Shown here piece by piece: positions 51,445 to 63,978 of a DNA stretch of 64,000 bases. The stretch is from Raillietiella orientalis (Eukaryota). The notes under the pieces are model-generated. The model made no database searches. It was given only the letters and a program-made list of their open reading frames with translations, and had not been told where the DNA came from. The stretch covers positions 3,968,001 through 4,032,000 of the forward strand of contig JAYWIR010000004.1 in assembly GCA_036172245.1 (NCBI GenBank), in the 5' to 3' direction. Position 1 is the first letter of the stretch; each line of letters opens with the position of its first letter. The position numbers were made by a program, and so were the translations under genes.

Positions 51445-53360
51445 GTTGACACCCAGTCACGCTGGGGCGTTTATTTGTAAAAAACTAAAAATAAAAAATA
51501 AACATACACGTTTGATCCTGCCACGTTACTTATAACTACGAGAAGGAACCCGCAGGGAACTGGCACGCAGGCCAGCGGGGTTCACCTCGACAGCGCAGAA
51601 GGGGCAACAAACAAAAAGAAAAAAATAAAACAAAAACATACAGTCGAAAAATGGGGATGTGAGGGGGGATCGGGAAGGGATCAATGTGTGCCGGAGGGTG
51701 TCCCTGTCATCCTGGCTTCCTCTGGCATCGCTCCATCCAGCCACAGTACCGCGTAGGCAGCAAAGTGCTGTTAAGGATGCTGCCGGCGTGAGGGCGTCGC
51801 GCAGGAAGAAGCACTGTACAACGTCTCTGGCGTTGCCACCGGGAGTTCCAAGGGTCAAGGCAAAGTGCCCCCAAAGGGGCTAAAGGACAAGACAGTCCAC
51901 TAGGAGATGCGGGAGAGGTTCCCTTTCCCCGCATCTTTCACAGTTCGGGTCCACTCCCCCCCCGTGTCTGATGATGCCAGCGGGCGCTGCAGGGGAGGCT
52001 TCAATGCAGCAGCATCAACGCCGACTACTCCCACTTTAAGGGAAGGGTGCAGGTGTTCATGAGCGCCTGGGGCCACTGCAGATCTTCCTCCGGAATACCC
52101 AGTAGCACGTTTCAGCGTAAAAGTCCATGAGATCGAGCAATCGGGGTCACAGCGTCGGCGAGCTGGCCCGTCACCCATTTGCCCAGTCCTTTCTTCCTTC
52201 CACAGTAATCTCCCATCTAGACGTAAGGCTGCTGCCCATGTGTTCCCTTAGGGAGCGTAGCGTGGTGATGAGGGAGGTTCTGCTTGCCCATGCACTCTTC
52301 GCGGGATCTTCCAGGATCTCCCGGAGCGTGCAGTTGTTGTTGCGCACGTACTGTTCCGCACCTGTTCCACGTTTGGCTCCTTGATTCTCGTCCAGGTGCG
52401 TACGGTTCCCTGCAACCAGGCACTGCTGTTCTCAGGGCGGCACGAGATCCATCCGTTGTTCATCTCCAGAGTGGCCATCTGCCGAAGATGCTGTCTGCAG
52501 TAGATGAGCTGCGTGGAGGGCGCGCAAGGAAGGACACGAGTCCTACTCTGCCGGTGGCTTGCTGGGTGAGAAGACGTGTAGGTTGGCACCAGCTAGTGCT
52601 CCAGAGCGAGGACAGGTGTTCGAAACTGGAGCTGCAGCTCCGTCCTCTCCAGCGTCAGGAGGAGGCCTAGACCACCGTCCCGACGCGGAGCACACAAGTC
52701 CTTCTGGCGGACTCGGAGCCTCCCTTGTCTCAAAGGGCAATCCGGAGGGGGTCAGGTCCTTTCTTCGCTTCCTAATGCTGCATGGCGGGGCAAACAAAAA
52801 GCAGGGGGAGGAAGAGGAGGTCCACGAAAGTGTTCCACACTGCGGCCCGTTCGGGCATGCCTCTTTGGAACGGAACTGGTGGAAGCCGGAAACCTGATGC
52901 ACCCGCTGACTGACCGGCGCCTTGATTCCTGGAAAGACCCCCGATAAGGTGTTGATTGTTAAAATGGATTTGTCCTCTTCCTAGAGGGGAGACCCCTCCA
53001 GAATGTCAGAAGTGCTCCCCTCCCTTCTGGGAGCGCCGTTTCAAAACCTTCAGGGTTCTCTCCAGAGGGAGGAGCAGGGAGCGGTTCCCTTGCGGGTCTT
53101 CTTCGGAGGAGGAACGAGGAGCAACCCCCTCAGGGGGTCCCTCCGGAGAGAATAAGGATGTCCTCTGAAGAAGGTCCCCTTTGAGGTTACTTCCCAAGAG
53201 TAAGAGGAGGAACGGACTCCTTCCACCGAAGTCCTCTTGGATTCACAGGGTGGTTCCCTCCCGAAGTACCTCCTAACTTGAAGAGCTACTGCACGCTTCC
53301 TCGGATAGCGTGGACAGTTCTTCCCCTCAAGGAGGTGAACGCTTCTTCAGTGCTTAACGA
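51445..53360 (-). mobile_element. 5'-truncated decayed Tx1/L1-like LINE
   Basis: Homologous to 8.9-10.1 kb (WISCRPENSSAWLQ, LREILED, CLRGTVAGWSDARG) and to the 57.05-57.3 kb 3' UTR. It has the terminal AATAAA-hairpin. Confidence 0.68.
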
Positions 53361-53931
53361 ACCAAAAAAGATCACCAGGGAGCTGCAGCTCCACTTCTCT
53401 GAACAGGAAGCGGGTTCACAGGCGCTCAAAACAGTCCCCGGATGCTTGTCCCAAGCTGGTTACGCGTTCGGGAAAAGAGGTGGGATCCCCACCGATTCCG
53501 AGGACAAACACCAATCTGCAGAATGTACCTCCTTCCCAACGCGCTCCCGCTCTTGTGCCAATCCATTTATTAGTTTATGCTGTATTATTCTCTATTCTCT
53601 TCACTGCATGCGTCCAAGGAAAGTCACTTCCTCCAGCATCTTTTAAGTGTTTGCAGCTGGAGAGGCTGGTTTGGATTCCCTCTCTGCAGTCAGAAGGGAA
53701 ATCCATTGGCAAACGCGTTCCCGCACCCCGAATCCTGAACACTCCAGACGCTGTACCTTCTGGTCTTTCTCTCCTCAGATGCTTGCAAACAGCAGCCAGG
53801 CAAGCTGACTGAGCAAAAAAGGTGTTGCTGCCGCTGTTTCCGTTCCTCGTGCTTTCAACAAAATCAGCAGCCTTTTTTTTTCTTCATTTTTCCATTTCCG
53901 TTTTTTTTTTGTTTTCCCTCTCTCTCTTAAA

Positions 53932-54565
53932 ACAGATCCTCGACTGGAAGGGCTTGGTCTACATAGATCGCAGCGCGGTGGCTGCTCTATTGAGTACCAC
54001 ACCCCGGTCAGTCGACCAGGGTGTGGTACCTCGTCCGCATAAGATTCGACACCACGTTCCCTCCCCATGCTGGACGCTCGATGACGTTTTGGATGACGAA
54101 AACGTGCTTGTCCGCAGGCTGAGATCGATCCGTGCGGACTTTCCACTCGCTGCCCGAAGGAGCGAGGATTTCGCTGGCCGAGGCTTGGTGGAGGCGGCGT
54201 GTGGAAGACTAGACGAAACGTCCCAGCATGTCTGAACTGTCCGCCCGACGCCGGAGGTGCGGCAGTACCGCTACTCTCAGCTGATATACTTCCTGCCTAG
54301 GAGGCTCACAGTCACAATCCGGCGCATGGTGGCTTCTCTCTGCTGGCCGTTCGACCAAGAACGCGTGCCAAATGCGCGAACTTGCTGTTCCTCTCGTGCT
54401 GAACAGGATCTTCATGGCAACGACCGTTCATCGGCAGGATAAAGCAGAACCGGTCTCGTGGCGATCTAAACCCAGCTCACATTCCCTGCTGGTGCGTGAA
54501 CAGCCCCTCTTGGAGAACTCTGCTTCCCAATCATAGGGAGAGCCAGCATCGAAGGATCAAGAAGC
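53932..54565 (-). pseudogene. Diverged copy of the 3' ~630 nt of 28S rRNA with A-rich tail
   Basis: Colinear with conserved 28S blocks: TGATCCTTCGATG, GTGAGCTGGGTTTAGA, sarcin-ricin loop (here AGCACGAGAGGAAC) and GCTGCGATCTA. A-rich tail at 53872-53930. Confidence 0.92.
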
Positions 54566-55699
54566 CTTTTTGAGGCGCCGGAGGTTTCGAGGAGTGGGAG
54601 GGGATGCTGAGGAAGGCTTCGCTAGAGATCGAAGCGGAGCGTCTCCCGAGCAGCTTAGCCGGTCTCTCTGGAGCGCGGCGGTTTCGCTCGCACTCCCTCG
54701 CGAGACGAAGCCGCGGGGGAAGATTTTCGTCTCCGAAAGCAGCATATCCTTTCTCCTCCTCCTCCTTCCTCCACTCCCCTCAACCTCTCCCTCCCTCCCG
54801 CGCGTACAGCCGGGTACCTCACGCTCGGTGTTCCGCGAACAGCCCTCCCTCGTTTCTCGTAATTTCATCTTCGGCCTGGAGTTTTTCCGCAGAGGCGACC
54901 AAAAAAAGCACTCAATGAGCTCGCAGCTTCCTCTTTCTCATCCTCTCGTGCTCCGAAAACTAGTTCGACTCTCGGACTGAGGTGTCCGAGCTTCTCCACC
55001 AATGAGGCGAGAGGGACAACGGTAACTGAGTTTTGAGCCTTCCTTCCCACCAGAGCACCAAGAAAGGAAGGGAATCATATAACCCGTATACACACAAGAT
55101 GGGAACTTTAGTGCGTATAGAGGCTATTCTACCGGAACTTCTGCATGCTTCCCCTACCCTTCCCCTTCATGGCTTTCCCCCAGTCGCTTGTAAGTCTCCT
55201 CTATTCTCGGGCGAGCCGTTGGGTACCCACCTTGCATCGTCCCTCTGCGGAACCACTGTCCGATACAAAGCCTCGTCGCACTCGTCAGGTTCCCTCTAAA
55301 GAGTGTTTTTCCAGTGACCGCTGCTGCCCCTGGGAGCTGCTTCTCCCTCAAGAGCTCAAGGCGCTGAAGCGGCAGCAGCGACGTGCGCGGCTGAGGTTTC
55401 TCGCGCCCCAAGACCTTCTGCGGGGCCGCCGAGGGAACCAAAGCGCCCTCCGTCCTGCGGGCGAATCCCCGTTGCGCGAGACGCAGCGAAGTAGCTGCCA
55501 CACCCCTCGCTGCAGCTCTGTCTGCCCTCAGGGCAAGAGAAGACAGGCGAGGTGGGAGCTTCCTACACCATCGCAGGAACAACAAGACTCCTTGGTGGCT
55601 GGAAGGCGCGCGAGTTGGTGGATGCAGCCACTTCACGTGAAACGGCGACGGGACTCCTTCGGCGGGGCGAACAGTTGAGTATTGCTTGCGTAGAACTTG

Positions 55700-56235
55700 T
55701 AGTCCCGCTCCCGTCCTTGTAGTCTCCTTGTTGCATCCGCGCCATCGTCACGACTCGAAATTTGCTGGAGACTACCGCGCAGCGAAAGGTCACCATGATG
55801 GCAGCCCCTACATCAGGGTGGCTGCAAGGTGATCTCACCTGGAAGAAGAGACTCAGGCATCTAGCGTCGGTTGGTGGTTCGTTAGGAACGGCCGATCCCG
55901 GTGACCCTGATCCCTTGCCCCCCTTAATTTATGTATTTATTTATTTTTTCATCCCCCATCCCCTTTCGCTCCGGGATTTTCCCGGTGGTTTTTTGTTTCA
56001 TCCCAGTGTACGCGAAACGAATCCAAAGATAATATCCCACCCAATTTAATTATTTTTTCTTGTCCCCTTGTCCGTTCCCCGTTCCGGACTGTCCATTACC
56101 CCGGCCTGCGTACCGGTAGACCCTCTCCTTTGTTTCTTTTTGTTGTCGTCGGCTGGGAACCAGCGTGTTCCCAACTGGCTTGCTTTTTTTTTATATATAT
56201 ATAAAATAAACGTCCCGGTGTGACCGGGTAACAAA
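55700..56235 (+). mobile_element. LINE 3' end
   Basis: TGATCCCTT, T-rich tract, GGCCTGCGTACCGGT, GGGAAC/GTTCCC hairpin, and terminal AATAAACGTCCCGGTGTGACCGGGT. Confidence 0.55.
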
Positions 56236-56329
56236 TCCCTGTGAGCTTTCCCGTTCGATCCTGGACCGTGGACGGCCCAGACGTCTTCGAACCCGAGAAG
56301 GCTCGCTGCTGGCTTGAACAACCGGAGGT

Positions 56330-57030
56330 TTTTCACCCGGTCACACCGGGACGTCTATTTTAAAAATAAAGAAACCGTTCTGGTAGGATTCTCGGCCCTA
56401 CCACGTGCTGAAGTTCTGTTCAGCTTGCCACTTGGGTTCGATGAGGAGACAAGGGAGATGGAGGGAAGCAGACAAACAAAATAAAATACAACCTAAAATA
56501 AAATTAAAAAAATAAATAAAAAATAGATTGAAAAGAATCGTTTGTTTGGGGGGTTCAGGAAGGTACAACAGTGTGTCCCGCGACGTCCCAGATCATCCTA
56601 TGAAAGTTCGCTTATAATGCTTCCCAGATGGGACCATCTTGCGGCGATCCTTATAATGAGTTTCGCCAAGTGGATGGCATCTCTGCCGTACTGGCCTCTT
56701 CTGGAAGCATTCCAAGCCGCCACCGTCCCTCTCAGGGCAGCAAGCGGCTCCTGGACACGCGGCTGGCGTCAGTGCAGCACGCATGAAGAGGCAATGCATG
56801 ATGCCCCTTCGGGTGCCCCAAAAGACCAAAGGGCAACACAGTCGACCAGCAGATGCGGGAGAGTTTCTCTCTCTCCACACTTGGCATGGCTCGGGTCCTC
56901 CCCAGTGCTTTGCGTGGGAGATCCCAACGCGAGACCGGCAACTGGTTCTTTCCACTCTGATGGAAGGGAGGAGCTGTCTGGAAAGACAGCTGGCGACACC
57001 AGATGTTCTGGAGGAATCTCCGGAAACTGA
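56330..57030 (-). mobile_element. LINE 3' end with zf-RVT motif
   Basis: AKCGERETLPHLLVDC; nucleotide similarity to 9300-9840; terminal motif at 56335-56362. Confidence 0.72.
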
Positions 57031-57054
57031 TCCCAGCGTCGCAGACCTTCAGTT

Positions 57055-57460
57055 TTTCCACTCGGGTTCGTCGGGGCGTTTATTTATAAAAAAAAAAAAA
57101 CTTACAAGTCGGTGGCAGGGAGCTTGGTTCTGCCACGTTACAAATGGAACCATGACAACCCGCCGAGAACCGGCACGCATGCCGGCGAGGTTCGCCTCGG
57201 CAGCAGGGGGGAGAGGGGCAAGCAAAAATAAAAACAAAATAAGAACATAAATACATACAAAAAAAATATGGAGGGTTCTGGAAGGGATCACTGTTTGCTG
57301 GAGGGCGTCCTCTGCTTCCTTTTCAGAATGCCGGAAGGTTCCTGCTTCATAATTCCTAGGTGGGGTATCTTGACGCTGTCCTCAAGAAGTGGTCTGCGAA
57401 ATGGATGGCGTCCTTGTCTCCTTTGGCGCTGCTCCAGGCCGCCACGATCCCGTGTAAGCA
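57055..57460 (-). mobile_element. Short LINE 3' end
   Basis: Colinear with the 51450-51760 UTR blocks and terminal motif. Confidence 0.62.
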
Positions 57461-57469
57461 TCAAATCCT

Positions 57470-58910
57470 AGGGAAAACGAGAGAAGAGGCTGCAAAATAC
57501 GTCTGTCTCGACTTTTGCCTGAAGCAGAGGGCAAACCTGTGGGACGGAGTCCTCCTTCCCAAGGTGCTCTTCGGAGCAGCCTTCTGCCGACTGGACGAGC
57601 GGACGATCAAGGAAGTGGAACGACTACAGTGAAAAATACTTTGGAAAGAGTTCAAACCGAGTCAGGCTAAAACTGCTGTGCCGACCGCGAGACAAGGGCG
57701 GGACCGGGATGAAATCGCTCGAGCAATCCATGGATCTGCAGGACGTGCGACAAATTCTGGATTCCTGCCACCAAATGGGACGAATGGACTAATGCGGCGC
57801 ACAGAGCCTATTCGCAGCTGCTCAACAATTCGAGAGGCCTGATGTCTACCCTAATAGGCAAAGAAGGACAGTGGGGAAGCATCGATCCCACTTGGAAGCG
57901 CAAGCAGGCACTGGTGGACAGCCACGATCTTAAAATAGTGCCTAGAAGTAAAGAAATTTGGAGACGAACTGGTGAATATCATCCCATGCTTCCTGCCTGT
58001 CCCTTGGGACACCATAAAGTGGATGCTTGACAGGCCAAAGATGACCATCAAGGACTGCAAGCAGTTTGAAACCAGTGACGCTCGTCAGGAAATGCGACTA
58101 TTCCACCTCATCAAGAAAATGATGGGAAGATTTACTCCCAAATATCGGGAGCTCTGGAGAAATCAGGAATCCGAATGTTGCCTCCTGATCACCAGAGTAA
58201 ATATCCGAGAAGCAATAAAGAAGATTCCAGATGTGGACGACTCTATGTCTGTGTCCGCCAGCCGCTACGGGTGCCAGGGAGGTGAACCTGCTTGAGGTTG
58301 AAACTACGGTATGGACAAGCGATTTACCACCCAACACTCAAGATGACCTCCTGATGTTTTATCACGGAAGCATCCTGAGCGGCACGAGGACAAGATACTG
58401 GTCAGGGAAGGCGCAAGACGAGATGTGCAAGAACTGTGGAGCCAGGGAAACCCAACTCCATGTTCTCACCTGCCCGACGCTGCTCCGGGACTGGGCCAAG
58501 CTGAAGGAGGTGACAGGCCTGCAGAGGATGGACAAGATGGGGATCCTGGCAGGGATGTTTGAAGGGAACGGCTACGTTCCTCGATACCACCCAATGGTCC
58601 GCATCACCATCGCTCTCTTTATCACGAGCATCGTGGTGAGAAGGGCAAAAATGCGGACCGGAATAAACAGTGTGCCAGCTGTGGAAATACTGAAAGGTCT
58701 AGTTAAAAGGGAAATAGGCATCGGAAGTCGTGGACGCATTCCCTCTTGGACGTACTCTTACATCCTGCGAAGAATTCAGGAACATAGCCCAGTGAGTGAA
58801 TTGCCCACGCAAACTTAGTGACCAGATGCCCGAAGACTAATCATGAAGTGAAAACTTAGAACTAGTGACTCTAAAGAAGACTACCATGAAAGAATGTTGA
58901 AAATAAATCC
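57470..58910 (+). mobile_element. L1/Tx1-clade ORF2 3' half (different family, better preserved)
   Basis: QRANLWDGVLLPKVLF...ILW...DKGGTG, then an open frame with CKNCGARETQLHVLTC..L..W; stop at 58818 and AATAAA at ~58902. Confidence 0.75.
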
Positions 58911-58929
58911 ACCCCACCGCATGTCGGAC

Positions 58930-61200
58930 TAGGGAAAAATGGGAGAATGCCGCCTCCGGTTTTCTTCAGGGGAGGCAGCTATGTCTCTCCCCAGGGTCAG
59001 GCGTTTCGCCCTGCCAGTTTCGCGGAAACCACGTGATGCCCAAGATGGATCCGAAGTCGCAGCGCTCTGGGCGCGTAGGAAAAGCCTGGGAACCTGCAGC
59101 CTCTTTGCTGTTCCCGCCATAGGCTGAAACGGGACCCTGACGGCCGGAGAAGCGACCGACTCCTCTCCATCCTCCTCCCTCCGCTGCTTCCTCGGGCCGC
59201 GGGTTTCGACGCAGTCCATCCGAAGGGGGGAGGAGGAGGAGGAAGGACACGCCCCTGTGCGAGGGAGTAAATTCCCTTTTTTCCCTTTCCTCTCCCCGAC
59301 CCCTCTTCCTCCAGCATTCACTCTCCTGTAGGCGCTGCCACCCTCCTGAAGAGCTGTTTCGTCCCGACCGGGCGCCCCCGAGGAGGATTGGACCCTCTTG
59401 GGCAGGACCCCCTGAAGGACTGCGACAGACCGGTCAGCTGCCAACGCCTCCAGCCCCCGCCGTAAGTCCTCGCTTTCCAGCGACTGAAAGCAACCTCTCT
59501 GGGGAACGTCTCTTCGCCCCCCTCCCTTCCTTCTCGCGTAGGCAACTGCTCCTCGGATGAGCAGATTCTCATGGAGAACCCAGTGCTCTTCTGCGGGGGC
59601 GCAAAATATCGGACCAGCGCCCACGAGGAGGTCCCAGCCCGGGACTGCTGTGCGCCGGCGGGTGGGACGCAGAACCGTCCCGAAGGAAGGCTGCGCCCGT
59701 CCCCGCCAGAGGGTCGGCATCCTGGATATGAGAACGATCCAGGTGAGGGGACGAAGACGGGACAGGAGGGAAAGGCCCTCTCGAGCACTGGGTCTCCCGA
59801 TGGGTCAGCCTTCCAGGCCACTTACACGAGGAGACGCTCCGGAGAGCCAGAAACGTGCGGGAGATGCGCAGCATTCCCGGACGATAGTTTCCGAAATGGC
59901 CGATACTAAGGAACTCGGAAAGGATCCAGGAATGGGTTGTCATTTTCTCCTCACTCCCCCCCCCTCCTCCTCGTCCCCTTTTCTCTAGTGGGAAGCACTC
60001 AGAGACCGGAAACCGGCTGAAACAAGCGATTCCGAGGACCCTGGGGAAGAATAAGAGGGTCAATTCCTCGGGTCTCCTGCAGGAAATGAGGGGTACCCCC
60101 ATCCATCCCTTCTCAGGCTGCCCTCTGCTTGCCTGTGAATGCTCGAGGTTCCTACGGAATAATAGTGATGACGTAGGGGTCTACTTGCCCTTTGGGCGTA
60201 TCCTCTGATTCCGGAGCTCGTGCTGGGAAACTCGTCCGGCGCAGTCTGAAAGCGACAGGAGGGTGGGACCGGGAGCGAAGGGGGCAACTAGTGACGGGAG
60301 CTGCCCGACTCGGGAGAACGGCCTCTGCTCGCCTGGGAGCTTCGCAAAAGTCAAGAAGAGAAAGCCGTCCTCTGCTGCTCGAGAACGATCGAGATCCTCC
60401 GTTCGGGGATCCCTTCTTCCAGGGCGAGGACCATTCCCCCGCTTGCGGGAAAAGAACGGGCCGAACGCGCGCGCGAGAGAGAGGACGTTTCCGGCTTTCC
60501 CGCGTTCATCCCGTGCGACATGCGGATGAACGCACCTGAGAGCCCCGGAGATGCTGAAGGCTTGACGCTCGATTTCCAGGACGTCGGACGCATGAGGTTG
60601 CGAAGGACCAGAGGTGGAGTGCTCAAGAAAAAGCGCAAGGGAAACTCCCCCTTTCTTCCTTTCTCCTTTCTGACTTCCGTTCTTCCCCGCTTTCAGATGC
60701 GCCTGTTCGCCGGGACGCGACCCAGGAGACGCTCCTCATCCGCTCCGCGATCACGCGCTGTGACTGCAGTGCAGCGGAGGAAAGTGAGTGGGTCAGACGC
60801 ACAGCCGGCCCCAACGTCACCAAGCGTCTCCGTTTCATGGTCACTGTCTGTTGTGCTCCAGGTCGCATCCAATCCGCTGCTTCCTCAGGGGTCCACCACC
60901 ATCCAATGTTGGGTGAGGCACCTTCTTCTCCCCCCCCCCCCAAGCAGTCGACGAAGCGGCAGCTGCTGAGGGGGGGAGGTTGAGGAGGAAAGCTAGCAGG
61001 AGACGGGCGGGGACGAAGAAAGGAGATGCCACGCCCATTCGGTGGACCGCAGGGCGACAGATCGGACGATGGCTGCTGTGCGTCATTACGAGAGAGCGAG
61101 CGCGCGGGGTCCATGCCCCGCACGCACTCTGCACAAAACATTCGTCCTCAAGATGGATGTCGAGAGGGCGCTCGGTACAAGCAGTTGGGTTGGAGCGCGG
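58930..61200 (-). mobile_element. Decayed 5' half of a Tx1-like element (ORF1 knuckle, APE, linker)
   Basis: CAEC..GH-like knuckle, HLDRSHI (RLDR), SASHPP (SDH.P) and GRW motifs occur in the expected order. Confidence 0.4.
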
Positions 61201-63233
61201 GGGGTTCTCGTCTTCGACAGCCCGATCCCGCCTCCTTCCAGCCCAGCCTCAAGGAGCCTCCGCATCTCCTAGGCAGAACGGGGAAGATACAACCCACCAC
61301 CTATCCGGGAGCCCTCTTTGCAAGCACGAGGAATCCGTAAAGGAATTGTCCCCGGTAGGGGGAGATGAGGTCAAGGACGCCTGATCATGGAAAAGGGCAC
61401 CCCTTCCCGCCAGGGAGTCCAGCGTCGTTACTGTTCGCTGCCGCCTCTGCTATGGGGGTTTCGGGATAGGTAGACTTCCACAGGAATCCGCCAATGGGAA
61501 AAGGGATGCGCGAAGAATCCCCCTCGGCGAACTGCCTCATTCAACCCTTTCCAGTCTTATAAAAGACAATGTCACCTTGTTTGTCGCGGCCTGCGGCTTC
61601 ACCATGCAGTTTCCTTATTCTCGAATCTGCTCTTCTCATCTACCATCCATTCCTGTGCTTAACGCAGAAGATGAAGGAACACTGTTCGAGGGGTTATGCA
61701 GAGTCCTAGGTCTCATGGACGACCTTTGGAATGAATTGACCGCCATCAAGGATAAAATCCCCGATTTTTTAGGTTTCCCGGATGCAGTCCAAGAGAGATG
61801 CATGATGAGAATGCGGGTGCGTGCGCTTCGGTTCATGATTCGTGATGGAAATCGGATGCAGAAACAGGACATTTTCCTGCTGTTCGTTGTTCTTTCACGT
61901 CACTTGGCTTGTTGAATGTGCTGGGCAACCATTTTTCACACCCCTGTTTGAATAAAAGTTCTACCAGACACGTGGGGGGAGGATTCCTCAGGTATTTTAC
62001 CAATGAGGACAGCAAGGCTGCCTCGCGACAACGAGGAAGACGATCGGAAAATTACGATCGCATCCCAAGGAGAGCAACCTGTGGCCAGTTGACGTGCTGA
62101 GCGTCCGAAACTGGGAATTTTGTGGATAAACCCGCATAATTCTCACTGTCACACCCATCCACCAGCCGGTGAAATGAGCGCGCCGTACAAAAAAAAGATC
62201 GGCTCACGCATCGTAAAGCAGTATTTCATTATAACTTGATAACAAACAGTGAGGTTTCCAATCTGAAACCGAAGGACAGTTTCTACGTTTCTCCCTCTGA
62301 GGTGTGGTGCACAACTCTTGCTGCTGCCAGCTCTTCGATCGTCGCGAAGAATCAGACAAAGGGTTGAGCAGTTTTTTTTTTTTTAATGACCGAGGGGCAT
62401 GGGTTTCTACGAATCATACGGCAGTGCGGGAAAGAAAGGGAAACCCCAGGAGGGGAACGGAGCTCCGGAGGTTCTCAAGTGACACCCAGGACAACCACCG
62501 TATCCCCAAGTGTTTTGCCAGCAGCGCGCCGGATATCATTCCGGCACCGGATCCAGTTTTTCAAATCACGATGCATCACGCAGAATTCGGTACTCGTCGA
62601 TGGTGGCGGCGAGCCGCCAGCATGTGCGCGCGAGTCTCCTCCGCTGATGAATTCGTTGCTGGGTGCAGTGCTGGAATTTTCCCTCCCCCCCCCCCCCTTT
62701 CAAAAAACTGTGCGGCCGGGATCGATTCCGTATGCCTTTTGCTCTAGGTTCAGTTTGCTTATGAACTTCGAACCTCTATGCATATGTACGTGTTCATGGA
62801 ATTCAATATTACTTTACTTTAAATGAGCTAAGGATAATATAGCAAAAGAGGTAGCGAGTACATATTGCACTTGTTTCCTAAAGAAATTGTGATGCAGTGT
62901 TGTTGTTTTTTTTTTTTTTCCGCTTCTTCCACCGGAAAAAAAGTCTCATACTGCCGTAGAACGAATTCCTTGTTGACTTGTATCCTAATAAAATAACCCT
63001 TTCTGAAGCCTACCAGGGAAAAAATGCAAAAGTAAACAAAACCTACGTAGCAAAATAGTAAAGCAAACATCCATTTTTTATATGTTGGGTTTCCAAGATG
63101 ATATGCGTATCAAGGAATAATATTTTGCAGCCGATGATTTAATATGCAAAGTATATAAGACATTGAAATATAGTTGTAAATTTTCGTTCAAGGCCATAAC
63201 AATTTGACTATTACATATTTTTTTTAGGATAGA

Positions 63234-63765
63234 ATGACAGATGAACAAGAAATTAAAACATACAAATTAGAAGAGGTTGCAAAAAATAATAAAGAAGAAT
63301 CCTTATGGATTGTTATCCATGATGCTGTATATGATCTGACTAGTTTTCTTTGTGAGGTATGTCATGCTGCTTGAAATATATTTATTTGGGACATAGCATC
63401 CTGGAGGGGAAGCAGTACTGTTAGAAAATGCTGGAAAAATTGCAAGTGAAAATTTTGATGATGTTGGTCATTCTGCTGGAGCTAGAGAATTGATGAAGGA
63501 TTACAAAATTGGGGAATTAGTTGAAGTAAGTGATTTAACTTGATATCAGTGAGCATCTGTGAATGTTTAAAGGAGGAAAAGCAACATGCAGTACCAACAA
63601 CACAGTGGGATCTCAAATCAACTAAGGAAGGTTCTTCGTAAGTTAAGATAGCAAAACTGAGTTTTTTGTATAAATAGTTTCAGATGGTGGAAAGCATGGG
63701 TGTTGCCTTTAGCAATAGGAGTTGCTGTGTCCATCACAATACGTGCCTACTTTTTTAGCAGTTGA
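63234..63765 (+). CDS. Cyt-b5: Cytochrome b5 (tail-anchored)
   Basis: Exons 63234-63356, 63397-63525, 63573-63637 and 63684-63765. Motifs: [30 protein letters not shown]...[18 protein letters not shown], then a C-terminal TM helix. Confidence 0.96.
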
Positions 63766-63830
63766 AAGCTTGAATTACCCTGATCCCAATCTGATAGAAA
63801 CACATTAATTGTGTACTTTTTTTTGGTAGT

Positions 63831-63978
63831 TCATAGACTGTTTTCTTGCTCACCACTGGGGTACTCAACCTTAATTTTAACAGATTTCGTATCAGGAATC
63901 TCATTGGTTTCTGGATCAGAAAAAACAACTTCCTCATCTTCTGGACCAAACACATCATCTGCTGGGCATTTTAAACAT
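63831..63978 (-). CDS. Probable terminal exon of an unidentified convergent gene
   Basis: TTTGCAG acceptor followed by 48 open codons (CLKCPADDVFGPEDEEVVFSDPE...ENSL*) in AT-rich DNA. Confidence 0.45.

Noticed and set aside
53932..54565. Functional rRNA gene
   Set aside because: Partial, mutated in the sarcin-ricin loop, A-tailed and outside an rDNA unit.
56202..56362. MITE with 28-bp terminal inverted repeats
   Set aside because: The same motif occurs singly at other LINE 3' ends, so two tail-to-tail termini explain it better.
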